Part shown: positions 35,553-47,339 of the stretch, one piece after another
Position numbering within the stretch: position 1 is the stretch's first letter
How the letters are laid out: each line of letters begins with the position of its first letter
DNA from: Squalus acanthias
Taxonomy: Eukaryota
Direction: 5' to 3'
DNA: 64,000 nucleotides
NCBI GenBank assembly: GCA_030390025.1
Contig: CM059438.1
Location: forward strand, 63,304,001 to 63,368,000
Program-made: the position numbers and the translations under genes
The notes under the pieces: model-generated
Databases searched by the model: none
What the model saw: the letters and a program-made list of their open reading frames with translations, nothing else
Told to the model about the DNA's origin: nothing

Positions 35553-35786
35553 AGAGGGCGGTCTTCTATGGTTGAGGTTTGGATAGAGAAGAAGGAGCTT
35601 TTACCTTTGCACCAAACTGTACTATACCCTGATGGTGATACTAGGCACTAATATCCCTCACCTCGATGACAGCAAAAAGAAAATAAGAAATGAAGGATAA
35701 GTCGCTGGGACCTAGCCTCGTACACTTCACACTGCTTGGCACAAAGGCCTGTAGGGAGCATAAAAAAACGGAGTAAGTAAGGTTAC

Positions 35787-35883
35787 CTCTTACTGCCTGG
35801 ATTTATCAGGGACTCTCCTGCAAGTTTCTTCTTGGCCACTGGTGAAGAGCCAGGTCCATTCCCTTTCCTCTTGGAATCGTAGT
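35787..35883 (-). CDS. PAXX: PAXX coding exon 6 (97 nt)
   Basis: ttgcAG|...|GTaacc. Encodes DYDSKRKGNGPGSSPVAKKKLAGESLINPGSK; GESLINPG is the conserved PAXX tail motif. Confidence 0.95.
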
Positions 35884-36511
35884 CTGCAACCAAATTGCAA
35901 CAGAATTCAATCATAGAATCAGAATTAAACAGGCACAGAAGGAGGCCATTCGGCCCATTGTATCTACGCCTGCTCTTTGAAAGAGCTCTCCAATTAGTCC
36001 CACTCCTCTGCTCTTTCCCCATTGCTCCTGCAAAATTTTCCCTTCAAGTATTTATCCAATTCCCTTTTGAAAGTTACTACTGAATCTGCTTCCACCACCC
36101 CTTTCAGGTAACGCATTCCAGATCATGACAACTTGCTGTGTAAAAAATGTTTTCCTCATGCTGCCTCTGTTTTTTTTTTACCTTATATCTGTGTCCTCTG
36201 GTTCCTTCTGCCACTGGAAACAGTTTCTCCTTATTTACTCTATCAAAACCCTTCATGATTTTGAACACCCCTATCAAATCTCTCCTTAACCTTCTCTGCT
36301 TTATGGATAACAACCCCAGTTTCTCTAGTCTCACCATTTAACTGAAGTCCTTCATCCCTGTACCATTCCAGTGAATCTCTTTTGCACCCTCTGTAAATCC
36401 TAAAGTGGGGAGCCCAGAATTGGCCACAGTACTCCAGCTAGGCCTAACCAGTGTTTTAGAAAGGCTTAGCATGACTTCCTTGCTTTTGCACTCTATGCCC
36501 CTATTTATAAA

Positions 36512-36907
36512 TTCTTGTTCACAGATGTGATTCCCAGTAAAAAAGTAAAAATTTTCCCAGTAAAAAAGTAAAATTTTTAAAGCTTTTCGTTTTACATACA
36601 GACGGCAGCTTTTGACACGTTAGAACCCCTGCGACTACACCTCATTGTCTCAGTTGTATCTTGCTATGTCTTTGATGTGGTACCTTCCTGGCTGACTTGA
36701 TTAACTTTATCACACCTCGGCAGATAGTCAGGATGATTTAATTTAGTGGTCTGCAATTGTAAGGTACACATGCTTTGTTCTCTATCTATATATGCTTTGG
36801 CGATTCTGTATCTAATTTACTTCACCTGAGGAAGGAGCAATCGATAGCTCCGAAAGCTTGTGATTTCAAATAAAACTGTTGGACTATAACCTGGTGTTGT
36901 GCGACCT
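36512..36907 (+). mobile_element. Penelope-like element fragment
   Basis: 13-bp TSD CCCTATTTATAAA (36499-36511 and 36908-36920); contains a hammerhead motif and the terminus shared with 46535-47039. Confidence 0.75.
36822..36863 (+). ncRNA. Minimal type-I hammerhead ribozyme motif
   Basis: TCAC-CTGAGGA-A-GGAGC(aatcgata)GCTCC-GAAA-GC-TT-GTGA: CUGANGA and GAAA cores, 5-bp stem II, stem I TCAC/GTGA, palindromic minimal stem III AAGCTT. Confidence 0.75.
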
Positions 36908-37190
36908 CCCTATTTATAAAGCCAAGGGTCCCGTGTGCCTTTGTAACAGCCTTCTCAACTTTACCTGCCACCTTCAAAGACTTGTGTACGTACACCCCCC
37001 AGGTCTCTCTGTTACTGCACCCCCTTTAAAATTGTACCATTTAGTTTATATTGCCTCCCCTCATTCTTCCTGCTAAAATTAATCACTTCATACTTCTCTG
37101 CATTAAATTTCATCTGCCATGTGTCTGCCCATTTCACCAGTCTGTCTATGTCTTCCTGAAGTCTGTTACTATCCTCCTCAATGTTTACTA

Positions 37191-38480
37191 AGGCGGGATG
37201 GTAGCGGGATAGCTGGTTGCCGGGTTCCGGTTCCGCCCCTGGCTGCAGCCGCTCTGCAGACGTGATTTTCCCTTGATTGGGCTTCCCGGCCAATTAACAG
37301 GGAGCGGGTCTGATGACGCCATTTGATGGCGCGTCATCAGCCGGTTTTCTTAAAGGGACCACGGCCACATTGAGTTTGACAGTTGTTCTGTCAGTGTTTG
37401 ACAGCATTGAGCTGCTGCAAACACTGACAAGCACTGCACAAAGGTGGACGCTTGCACCCAGGCTCTCCAATGACTCCAATGCTTATATGTAGGCCGCCAA
37501 TTTATTAGCGCTCAGGGGGTGGGTTTGGAGGCGGATCCACTGTCAAAATAGCAAAGATTGACAGCAGGTAGGAAGAACTGACCCGACACCAAGCGGCGGG
37601 GGATATAATTCAGCTTATTAAATGGCTTGTTAAGAGCCAATTTAAGGCTATTTTGAGGCTTACTTCTAATTCAGTTCTCCCCCATGGGTTACCCGCTGTT
37701 CGGGGAATGCGCCAGCTCAACCTGCCGTGTTTTGAGTCTGCTCTGATGTATCTGATAAGCTGACAGCTGCAGAAGTGGTGTAGAGGATGCCATGTTGCAG
37801 ATGGTCACTTTCAGAGCGCAGAAAATGTTGGTTACTGCATTTAGCTTACAAGTTTTTAGATCAATGTGCAACCAGGCTCCGTTGGTGTCCTGGGGAGGTC
37901 TCTTCCGCCCTTGGAAGGGAAGAGAATGTTGTCAGCATCAGGTGATGACGGAGAAGGATTCGGAGGACCACGGTCTGATTGTTTCATTGGCTCCGATGTT
38001 GCTGCAATAGATGTCAGCTGCAGGTGAGATGGCAGAAGCGATCTGTCACTGGTGAGAGAGGTTCTCCCAATGAGGTGGCACTGGACATACAGTTGGATCT
38101 AAAAACTTGTAAGCTAAAGAAATCTCTATGTGTATTAAAAATGCAGTAACCAACAGTTTCTGTGCTCTGAAACTGACTGTCCGCAACATGGCATCCTTTA
38201 CACCACTTCTGCAGCTGTCAGCTTATTAGATACGTCAGAGCAGACTCAAAACACGGCAGGTTGAACTGGCATGTTCCCCGAACAGCGGGTAACCCGTGGG
38301 GGAGAACGTAAAATTAGAAGTAAGCCTCAAAATAGACTTAAATTGACTCTTAACAAGCTATTTAATTGTATCCCCTGCCGCTTGGTGTCAGGTCAGTTCT
38401 TTCTACCCGCTGTCAATCTTTGCTATTTTGACAGCGGACCCACCTCCAAACCCGCCCCGAGCGCTATTAAATTCGCGGCC
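37191..38480. mobile_element. Harbinger-type element with a long internal inverted repeat
   Basis: Inserted into CR1 at ..TTTACTA / CTACAT..; arms 37487-37865 and 38093-38485 are reverse complements; homologous to 31336-32210. Confidence 0.8.
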
Positions 38481-38836
38481 TACATTTCCGATATTTTGTC
38501 ATCATCAAACATTGAAATGATGCCCTGTATACCCAAGTCCAGGTCATTAATATATATCAAAAGGAGCAGTGGTCCTAATACCGACCCCTGGGGAACACCA
38601 CTGTAAACTTCCCTCCAGTCTATAAACAACCGTTCACCACCACTCTCTGCTTTCTGTCCCTTAGCCAATTTCTTATCCACACAGACACTGCCCCTTTAAT
38701 CCCATGGGCTTTAATTTTGCTAACTCGAATTAAAACAGTTGAATTAACCTGGAAACTGCCAGAACTTTCTATAACTGAAACAACGAAAATAACCAATAAA
38801 ATTACCAATATTTCTACCTTTCCAAATTTCTTCAAT

Positions 38837-39600
38837 GGGCCAAAAATTCGGCCCTTCCCGGGTGAGTACACAGTGCGTACTCACCCGTAAGGCGTCCCGA
38901 AGTGCCGGTTTCCTGCATGCACTGCGCATGCGCGGGAAACCGGAACTTCCAGTCTGGTGAAGGGAGTGGTTCAGAGGTGAACCGCGTGCGCGGTAGAGGC
39001 TGCGCGCACGCAGCAAACTTAGGTTTTTTTCAGGTTTCTCCGGGAGGGTAAGTATTGAAGAACCTGCGCTTTTAAAAAGGAGGCGCAGGACCCGTTTTCA
39101 ACAAGGTAAGTGGTTAATTAAGTATAATTTAAAATTTTTTTCAACAGGTTTATCTTTTTTAGATACTTTAAAGAAAGGTAAGTTTATTTTTAGCACTGTT
39201 AAAAAGTATTTTAATTTTTTCAAAAATTTTAATTTTTGTTTAAAGTGATTAATTTATTTAACTATAGTTATTTTATAAATGTGATGGGGTTTTTTTTTAA
39301 TTTATTTGAAGTTTAGCTGTTCTTTTGGGGCCGATTTCAATTCACAGATTTGACAGGTTTCCTGTCAAATCTATGAATGAAAGATGGTCTGCTGCCATTG
39401 GCTCTCCATGGCCCACGTGATCCCAGGGGACGCATCGCACTAACTGCGCCCCTGGAACACGCAAGCACTGCGCGCTGGCACTTGGGAGAGGCCCAGGACC
39501 CGAAGTTCCTGTGGGCCCAAAACACAACGGCAGGCGCGGTGGGTAAGTGCGCGCGCGATCCTTACCCCCGCGGCAAGCCGGAGAGGCGAATTTCAGGGCC
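38837..39600 (+). mobile_element. Complete Harbinger-type MITE
   Basis: TIRs GGGCCAAAAATTC / GAATTTCAGGGCC; 3-bp TSD AAT on both sides; subterminal hairpins. Confidence 0.85.
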
Positions 39601-40111
39601 AATATATTTAACCTAACTGTTAGAATGAAAAATAATTGGACATGTTCAATATTTCAAACTATCACTCTGAAGGTTTGCTGAAGCCAAACTCTTTTCGATA
39701 ATTAAATTATTCTCCAGGTTCCCTCAGCGACTTGTGGGGGAGGGGGGCAATTGTCTAACTACACACTGGTGACGGAACCTCGGCTTCTGATAGCACTCGC
39801 GATATTCTGCAACGTGCTGTCAGTGTACTCGGAATACGACCTACTCCCCACCCCGGCCTGTGAGTAACAGGGTCAAACAGACCCCGGAAGAACACAGCGT
39901 TTGATGCCCGTTCTGGGAAAGGCGTCCTAACAGCAGGCCTCAGGGACCCCCCTGTTAAAGAGGGGAAAATCAGCCAGGGGCCCACTCCTGATAACTATCT
40001 AGTGAATCCTCCTGGACTTGTGCGTGAGTCTAAATGAACGTCAGGTGAGGAAGAGATTAAGCTGGGATTCTCTCCACAATCAAGTGGCCTGCTGACATTT
40101 GCCATCAGGTA

Positions 40112-40527
40112 TCGGCTGTGGCTCAGTGGTAGCACTCTTGCCTCTGAGTCAGAAAGGTCGTGGGGTTCAAATCCCACTCCAGAGAGTTGAGCCCAGTACT
40201 GAGAGAATACTACACTGTCAGAGGTGCCGTCTTTCAGATGAGACGTTCAACCAAGGCCCTGTCTGCCCTCTCAGGTGGATGTGAAAGACCCCATGACAGT
40301 ATCTGGAGAAGAGCAGGGGAGTTATCCCCGGTGTCCTGGTCAATATGTATCCCTCAACTCACACCTTTAAACAGATGGTCTGGTCATTTTCACATTGCTG
40401 TTTGTGGGAGCTTGCTGTGTGTAAATTGGCTGCTGCGTTTCCTACATCAGTGACTACACTTCATTGGCTGTAAAGCGTTTTGGGGCGTCCTGAGGTTGTG
40501 AAAGGCGCTATATAAATGCAAGTCTTT
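40112..40527 (+). mobile_element. Deu-domain tRNA-SINE
   Basis: tRNA head GTGGCTCAGTGGTAGC, GGTTCAAATCCC, Deu core, tail. Confidence 0.8.
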
Positions 40528-40915
40528 TTTAAAATCAAGGCTCACACATCAATGTTGGACAGGTTGCCAGAGGGTCCTCCATTGCTTGTTCTTCAGTGAG
40601 GAGGCAACTCTTTCAGGAGAGCAAGCGAGAAAATAATTTGACATCAAATCGTGACAAATGGCACGGTGGTAACTGTAGAGAAAACCATGAACACTTACCC
40701 AATCCTACAATCCCAGTCCCAGGGGGATTTCCACCTGCCTATTTACTTTCAGCTCAGGTCAATCACTGAGGCAATGTGAATGAAAGAAAATGGCAACCGC
40801 TAAAGGGGAAAAGTAGTGATGGGTTCTTAGATAAATCCAGAAAATGCTGGAATTACACAGCAGCTTAATCAGCATCTGTAAGATCCCTGCGTCACAGCTC
40901 CATGACTTGTCTTAC

Positions 40916-40984
40916 CTGCTAGAAACATTCTTTGTGTCCTCTGCATCCTCTTCTCAAGGTTTAAGGCGTTGCTTTCTTCAGAAG
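40916..40984 (-). CDS. PAXX: PAXX coding exon 5 (69 nt)
   Basis: cggcAG|...|GTaaga. Encodes ASEESNALNLEKRMQRTQRMFLA; phases 1/1 fit the neighbouring exons. Confidence 0.88.
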
Positions 40985-41224
40985 CTGCCGGGTGGAAAAT
41001 GTAGCACTGAAGTATAAGCTGAAGTATTCATCAGGGCACTGCCCCTCAGTGTGACAGTAAAGAACGGCCTTCACTATTCACACATACAAGAATCATTAAC
41101 AGCATCTCCCTGCAGTTCTAATTGCTCAAACCAGCCGCAACAGTGACTTAGCGACAGGGGTAAAGCAGCCAGCTCGTTATGAAGGAAGGTTAACACATGG
41201 TGCTCTCTTCTACACCTTGAAGGT

Positions 41225-41645
41225 GTCAGTCGTGGCTCAGTGGGTAGCACCCTCGTCCTCCGAGTCAGATAGGTCGTGGGTTCAAGCCCCACTCCAGAGA
41301 CTTGAGCACAAAATCTAAGCTGACACTCCAGCGGAGTGCTGCATTGTCGGAGGTGCTGTCTTTCGGATGTGACGTTAAACCGAGGCCCTGTCTGTCCTCT
41401 CAGGATGTAAAAGATCTCATGGCACTATTTTGAAGAAGAGCAGGGAAGTTCTCCCCGGTGTCCTGGGCCAACATTTATCCCTCAACCAACATCACTAAGA
41501 AACAAATTAACTGGTTGGTCATTATCTCATTGCTGTTTGTGGGACCTTATAACAGTGACTACACTTCAAAAGTACTGTACTGGCTGGAAAGTGCTCTGGG
41601 ACATCCTAAGGTAGTGAAAGGCGCTACAGAAATGCAAGTCCTTTC
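41225..41645 (+). mobile_element. Deu-domain tRNA-SINE
   Basis: Same architecture as other copies. Confidence 0.8.
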
Positions 41646-42122
41646 TTCCATCTTGCTCAGCCAGGCTGCCACATGGTGCTGCAGAGTGAAGGCAAGGAAC
41701 ATTGGGGTTGTGCCCCTTCACACCTCCCACAGGCTGCTAATAGAGGTTAGTGCCAGGGAACAGGACACCTGCTTGTCCTCTAGACTGGAAGGAGAATAAA
41801 AACCAACAATAAAAGCAATTGCAGACAAAATGTGCAATTCAATCTACAGAAACTTCACTCCCTGAGACTATCACCTAGTTCATGGCTTGATCATTAAATC
41901 AAGTTTAAAATGGAAGCAAGTTTTTTAAAACTGCGCTGAGATATTTTTAAAGGTTGTGAAGAGTTAAGATATTGCTACTGACCAAAAGAACCTTCCCCCA
42001 CTCTCCACCTCTGCCCTCCAAAAAAGCACTTGGTAGTTTTCTGATAGTTCTCTCCTTTTCAACCCCCCCCCCCCCCCATACCACCCAACGCCCCGCTCCA
42101 ACCCCCTCACACTCCCCCTTAC

Positions 42123-42313
42123 CTTTCAGTTGGTTTTGTAGGTCATGTACTTGATCCACCAGGTGAAACATGACTGACTGGATCTCCGCCTTGGCTTCAG
42201 AAATGGACAGCTTGTAGAGGTCAAAGGTTAGTCCCAGGTCATCTTGGCTGAGTTTCAGTATTATTGTGTTGTCCAGGACAGTGAGGCTGACAGCGGCCTT
42301 CTGGAAAGCTTCT
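42123..42313 (-). CDS. PAXX: PAXX coding exon 4 (191 nt)
   Basis: cccacAG|...|GTaagg. Encodes REAFQKAAVSLTVLDNTIILKLSQDDLGLTFDLYKLSISEAKAEIQSVMFHLVDQVHDLQNQLK (end of head domain plus coiled coil; cf. human LAFDLSKV). Confidence 0.94.
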
Positions 42314-42903
42314 CTGTGGGGACAGCAGAGAGTGTGAGTGGTAGCGTTGATTTATTACATCGAGCACTCGCCCTTCCTGATCCGAAGGACAATGTGTCGC
42401 GATACTTCACAACAGTTGACTTCACTTTCTCACTGACGTGTATGGACCCACTCTTTCATTTCCCCATGGGTTTCTCTCCCTCAGTGACAGGACCTTCCGA
42501 ATAAATAGAACTTTAGTATTAAAATAAAATACTTAGTGAGACTGAAATGGCCCAGCCACACTGTAGTGAGTTACATAGGAACAGGAGTAAGCCATTTAGC
42601 CCCTCGAGCCTGTTCCGCCATTCAGTTAGATTATGGATGATCTGTATCTTAACTCCATTTACTCACCTTGGTTCCATATCCCTTAATACTCTCTGATTCA
42701 GTTAGTCCACTTTAGCTCCCAGGTTGGCTCAGTGAGTAGTTGAGCCGCACAGCTTTGGAAGGTTCCGGTTAAATGCCGAGACAGCTGATTCCCAACTGTG
42801 GTAGCGATCTGGACGCTACAATTGATCGCAGCTTCCCTGGTTAGGAAGGGGGAATTCAGCTTGACTTCCCACTCTTGATCGCTGCCCAGCAACCCTGGCT
42901 GGG

Positions 42904-42907
<4 letters not shown>

Positions 42908-42939
<32 letters not shown>
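42908..42939. repeat. (GT)n microsatellite
   Basis: Uninterrupted GT run. Confidence 0.95.
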
Positions 42940-42940
<1 letters not shown>

Positions 42941-43552
42941 AGGACAGGATCGGGCTGTGGCTGTGATGCCTTTCCTGTCAACGAGCCTGCCAACACTCAC
43001 CAGGCTGCCACATGGAGCATGGCCGCCTGCGGGAGGCACTGCATAGTGTCTGGGGCCATGGAGCTGTACCCCAACAATGAGCCTTTGGGAGGAGGGGAGA
43101 AGAGGGAAGAGCGAAAATCTGCCACAAGGAACAACAATAAAGGACTATTATAGTTAATAAGGTTCAGTGGCTTAACCGGTCGTATTACACACATTTCACG
43201 TCCAAATAACTCTCATTAGGAACCGCAATATATTGTAAGAAGTTGTCAAATATGTGACTGCGTGTTGAAGTAGCTATTGCAGCCACCGAGTTTCGTGCCT
43301 GCTCCAAGCTGCTACCGTGCCAGCAGTCAGGAAAAGATCTTTCAGTGACAATGTTCCCTTGTGAGGTTTTGCAACGCATTTCTAGCTTTTCTGTATATCT
43401 CACCCTCTTTCCTCCTCTTAATTTTTTACTCCCGCTGGCCCCTTCTCCTCTGCTTAGACACTTTGTACACCCAGGCACCGCCAATGCTGCACTCGGTTTG
43501 TGGTTAACCAAGTGACTGAGAGCAGCTGCCACAGACCCCCATCTATTTAGGT

Positions 43553-44010
43553 GTCAGCCGTGGCTCAGTGGGTACACACTCGCCTTGGAGTCAGAAGGTT
43601 GTGGGTTCATAGTCCCACTCCAGAGACAGGAGCACAAAATCTAGGCTGACACTCCAGTGCAGTGCTGAGGGAGTGCTGCACTGTCAGAGGTGTCATCTTT
43701 CTGATGAGACGTTAAACCGAGGCCCCGTCTGCTCTCTCAGGTGGACGTAAAAGATCCCATGGCACTATTTTGAAGAAGAGCGGGGGAGTTATCCCCGCTG
43801 TTCCGGCCAATATTTATCCCTTAACCAACATCACTAAAACAGACGATCTGGTCATTATTACATTGCTGTTTGTGGGAGCTTGCTGTGCGCAAATTGGCTG
43901 CCGCGTTTCCTACGCTACATCAGTGGCTACACTTCAAAAAGTACTTCATTGGCTGTAAAGCGCGTTGGGACGCCCTGAGGTTGTGAAAGGCGCTGTATAA
44001 ATGCAAGTCC
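43553..44010 (+). mobile_element. Deu-domain tRNA-SINE, full length
   Basis: A and B boxes, Deu core, L2-like tail. Confidence 0.85.
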
Positions 44011-44369
44011 ATCTATTTTTGCTCTCCCTCTTCTGACCTTCACCCGGCACCTCCCAGGTGCAGTGTGGTTGAGACAGGGATCCTAGTTGATTAATACAAG
44101 ACTGAGCTGCTTCCTACTACCCAGGGTGTGCAGGTTGGCATGCCAGAATTCTCCGTGCTGCGTTTATAGATAAAAATGGTTTTAGCTACAGGTCCAGTTG
44201 GTGATGAGATGATGCCAGTTGCATGCCATCATGCTTCCCCTCCAGTTACTCATTGGGTAAAACGTTTGCCAGGACATGTTTCCTGCCATCAACACCCAGT
44301 GGGCCAATGAAAGTGGGTAAAAGCCCGCTGCATGGCGGATTCATGAGAAGCCACGGGGAATACTGAAGA

Positions 44370-44735
44370 TCTGATCGAGGTGTTCAAAATGTTAAAAGGA
44401 TAGATGCAGAGAAACCACTTCCTCTGGTGGGGTAATCAAGAACAAAGGGACGTAATCTTAAAATTAGAGCTAGGCCATTTAGGAGGGAAATCAGGAAGCA
44501 CTTTTTCACACCAAGTGTGGTAAAAATCTGGAACTCTCTCCCCCAAAAGTCTGTGGTTCCTGGGATAATTGGAGCTTTCAAGTTTGAGATTGATAGATTT
44601 TTGTTAGCTAAGGGTATCAAGGGATCTGGAGCGAAGGCGGGTAAATGGAGTTGGTGTACGGATCAGCCATGATCTCATTGAATGGCAGAGCAGGCTCGAG
44701 GGGCTGAATGGCCTCTTCCTGTTCCTATGCTCCTA
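44370..44735 (+). mobile_element. CR1 LINE 3' fragment
   Basis: GATCTGATCGAGGTGTTCAAAATG...GGCTGAATGGCCTCTTCCTGTTCCTATG. Confidence 0.8.
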
Positions 44736-44781
44736 GATCCCCATCAGCTCTTCTTTCCCCTGAGGACTGACGGTTACACAC

Positions 44782-44831
44782 CTGGTTCTAGTGTGGTATT
44801 CTTCAGAGGCTTTCACCCCATGTGCAGATTT
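44782..44831 (-). CDS. PAXX: PAXX coding exon 3 (50 nt)
   Basis: tttttaacAG|...|GTgtgt. Encodes KSAHGVKASEEYHTRT(R); required phases 0/2 and length match human KARFGLSAAEDITPRFR. Confidence 0.88.
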
Positions 44832-46055
44832 CTGTTAAAAAGAAAATAAATAAAAGTTAACATTGTTTTCTTCCGATGTGGAACATTGAGCTTAATGGCA
44901 GTACAGTGGATTGCTGGTGAATCGTATTGCAGAGGAAGATGAACCCAGATTGAGTTGGGAGACAGAACATGGTAAAGTAGTCCACAAGGCACTACGATTA
45001 AGCATCCCCTAGGACATCACCAGCAGGGGCACTTGCAATGATCCGGGATCAGGACAGCCACCCTGTACCCCTCCATCTCAGCTGAAGGAGGCAGGTCGCC
45101 CGAGAGAAACTCCAGCGGAGAGTGAACTGGGCAAAACTAAGAGGACAACATATTCTTAGGTAAAAGCTAAAAGCGTCAATATTCCTCTTTATTAACGCGA
45201 GTATTGAATTTTCACACCCATGACTCCCCCCCCCCCCACCCTACCCACGTTACCACAGGGAGACACTGAGCAGAGGACAGGCTCTGAAGAATGGACAGTT
45301 GGAAGAAGAATCGTATTAGGGTCACACTCATGCACCTGCTGGCACACCCACAATCCACCCCGGCCCACCGCACTCTGCTCTGTCTTGGGGCCATATGCAG
45401 TGACAGATTCATTATTGAGCCAATAGAATCTGTCCCTGTGTGACGCCTGCCTTGGTAATGGCGTCAGACCGCAACTGGGCTGGAGCCAGTCACTCAGACA
45501 TTGGCGTTCTATTGTTCTTCCACTTAATGGCCCATGGCATTGATCATGGTGAGTTGCTGTTTTATAACAATAGGGATGTTACCAGCAAAGCATGATGAGT
45601 AAAGTCTGTCAAGGAAAGTGTTATAGGAAGCAAGTGTGACAATTGCAGAATGTGCATACTATACATAAGACTTTTAATATATCTAGATTCTAGTAAACAT
45701 TTCCCACGGTCAGTTGATAAAGATGAGTCTTTCTTTATAGAAGATGGTGACGGAGTTAGTGGAGAGACTCCAGAAACTTGCTCCATGGGGCCATCTAATG
45801 GCCATGGTCTGCAGCTACACTGTGACAATTGACATAGCACAATTCAATGGGAAATGTTGACACAAAAGCATGACCAAAAATCTAGACAGCAGGAACTAAG
45901 GTTTGGAGACAGGAACTGTGGACCTTATGCAAGATTTTTAATAGTACAGAGTTATAAAAACATAGGACCATTTGTCAGCAGCAGGATCACACACCTATGC
46001 AATGATTCTATCTCAGTCCTCCAACATTAGGAAAATGAGCAGCCCGGCTACTTAC

Positions 46056-46116
46056 ATGTTCCTCCAGCTTTTGTGGACTGAAACCTGTACTCCAAACATC
46101 CACAACATTTGTAACA
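46056..46116 (-). CDS. PAXX: PAXX coding exon 2 (61 nt)
   Basis: ccttcacAG|...|GTaagt. Encodes (C)VTNVVDVWSTGFSPQKLEEH (cf. human VTDAAELWSTCFTPDSL). Confidence 0.93.
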
Positions 46117-46619
46117 CTGTGAAGGAAAGGTGGACAGTTGTTGTCAGTACTTTATCTTACAGAGTCATGTACGCAAGAGTGAAATGAGAGGATAGACTTG
46201 GAGGCACAGTGGAGCACAATGGAGTCCTTTCAACTCAGGGTCCTCATTTTAGGATCCAGCTCAGAGTAATGGGTCAATAGTCTCCTCTGACAGCCGTAAA
46301 GGTTTGAAGTGAAAATGAGTGCGCCAGTCTGAGCCCAATGGCAGCTTGGCTCAGTTGGTAGTTCTTGGTTCTGGGTCAGAATCCTGACCTGAGGCGTAAA
46401 TACATTATCCAGGTTGACACTCCGCTGCAGTACTGAGTCAGTGCTGCATTGATGGAGGTGCTGACCTTTAAACTGATGTCACCTCTTCCTGTTCAGGTTG
46501 ACATCAAGGATTCCATAATACTATTTGAAGAAGATGTGGAGATGCCAGTGTTGGACTGGGGTGGACAAATGTGAGAAGTCGCACAACACCAGGTTATAGT
46601 CCAACAGCTTTATTTGAAA

Positions 46620-46656
46620 TCACAAGCTTTCGGAGCGCTGCTCCTTCGTCAGGTGA
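46620..46656 (-). ncRNA. Minimal hammerhead ribozyme motif (sense in PAXX pre-mRNA)
   Basis: Minus strand TCAC-CTGACGA-A-GGAGC(agc)GCTCC-GAAA-GC-TT-GTGA. Confidence 0.78.
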
Positions 46657-46967
46657 AGTGAAGAGATGCATATAGGCACAGCATATATAGTCAGAGAACA
46701 CTGCCAGATGATTACAGTTAATCTTTCCAACTGCCCTTTATCACACCTCGGCAGAGAGATAATCACGGCAATCAAAGGTGTGGATGGTGTCCAAACAGGA
46801 AAACATTACATCAAAGACAATGTGGCAGATGCTGGGGTCTGTATGGAAAACAAAAAACTTTTTTTGCTGGAAATCACAGCAGGTCCGGCCGCATCTGTGT
46901 CGAGAGAACAAGCCATCTGGCAGTGTTCTCTGACTATATATGCTGTGTCTATATGCATCTCTTCACT

Positions 46968-47004
46968 TCACCTGACGAAGGAGCAGCGCTCCGAAAGCTT
47001 GTGA
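46968..47004 (+). ncRNA. Minimal hammerhead ribozyme motif
   Basis: TCAC-CTGACGA-A-GGAGC(agc)GCTCC-GAAA-GC-TT-GTGA. Confidence 0.78.
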
Positions 47005-47339
47005 TTTCAAATAAAGCTGCTGGACTATAACCTGGTGTTATTTGAAGAAGAGCATGGAGTTTAACCACTAATCTGACTGGTATTCTTCTTCAACACGTTG
47101 CTGTTTGTGGACACAGAAGGCATAGAGTAACTACTGTATTGGTCTACATAACAACAGTCACTGCGCGCTGAAAAAATAGTTCGTTGGGCTGGCAATTGCT
47201 GGAGCGGGGCATGCCCGGTTAATCACAATTCATTTTGCACCCTTCAGCTCAAAAATCTTTTGCACCGTAACTTGCTGGAAGTGCGAGCTGATAACGGGAG
47301 CGCGGCATCTGGGACCTTGGTGAACAGCGTGACGAACAG

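Larger units (their letters stand above)
35910..38725 (-). mobile_element. CR1 LINE fragment interrupted by Penelope and Harbinger insertions
   Basis: CR1 ORF2 pieces ([27 protein letters not shown]) rejoin across inserts at 36512-36907 and 37191-38480. Confidence 0.85.
46535..47039. mobile_element. Penelope-like insertion with inverted terminal arms, nested in a Deu-SINE
   Basis: 12-bp TSD ATTTGAAGAAGA (46523-46534 and 47040-47051); arms ~46585-46710 and ~46914-47039 are near-perfect reverse complements. Confidence 0.85.

Noticed and set aside
45018..45033. CTCF-like CACCAGCAGGGGCACT
   Set aside because: One G short of the core spacing, so it fits the motif poorly.
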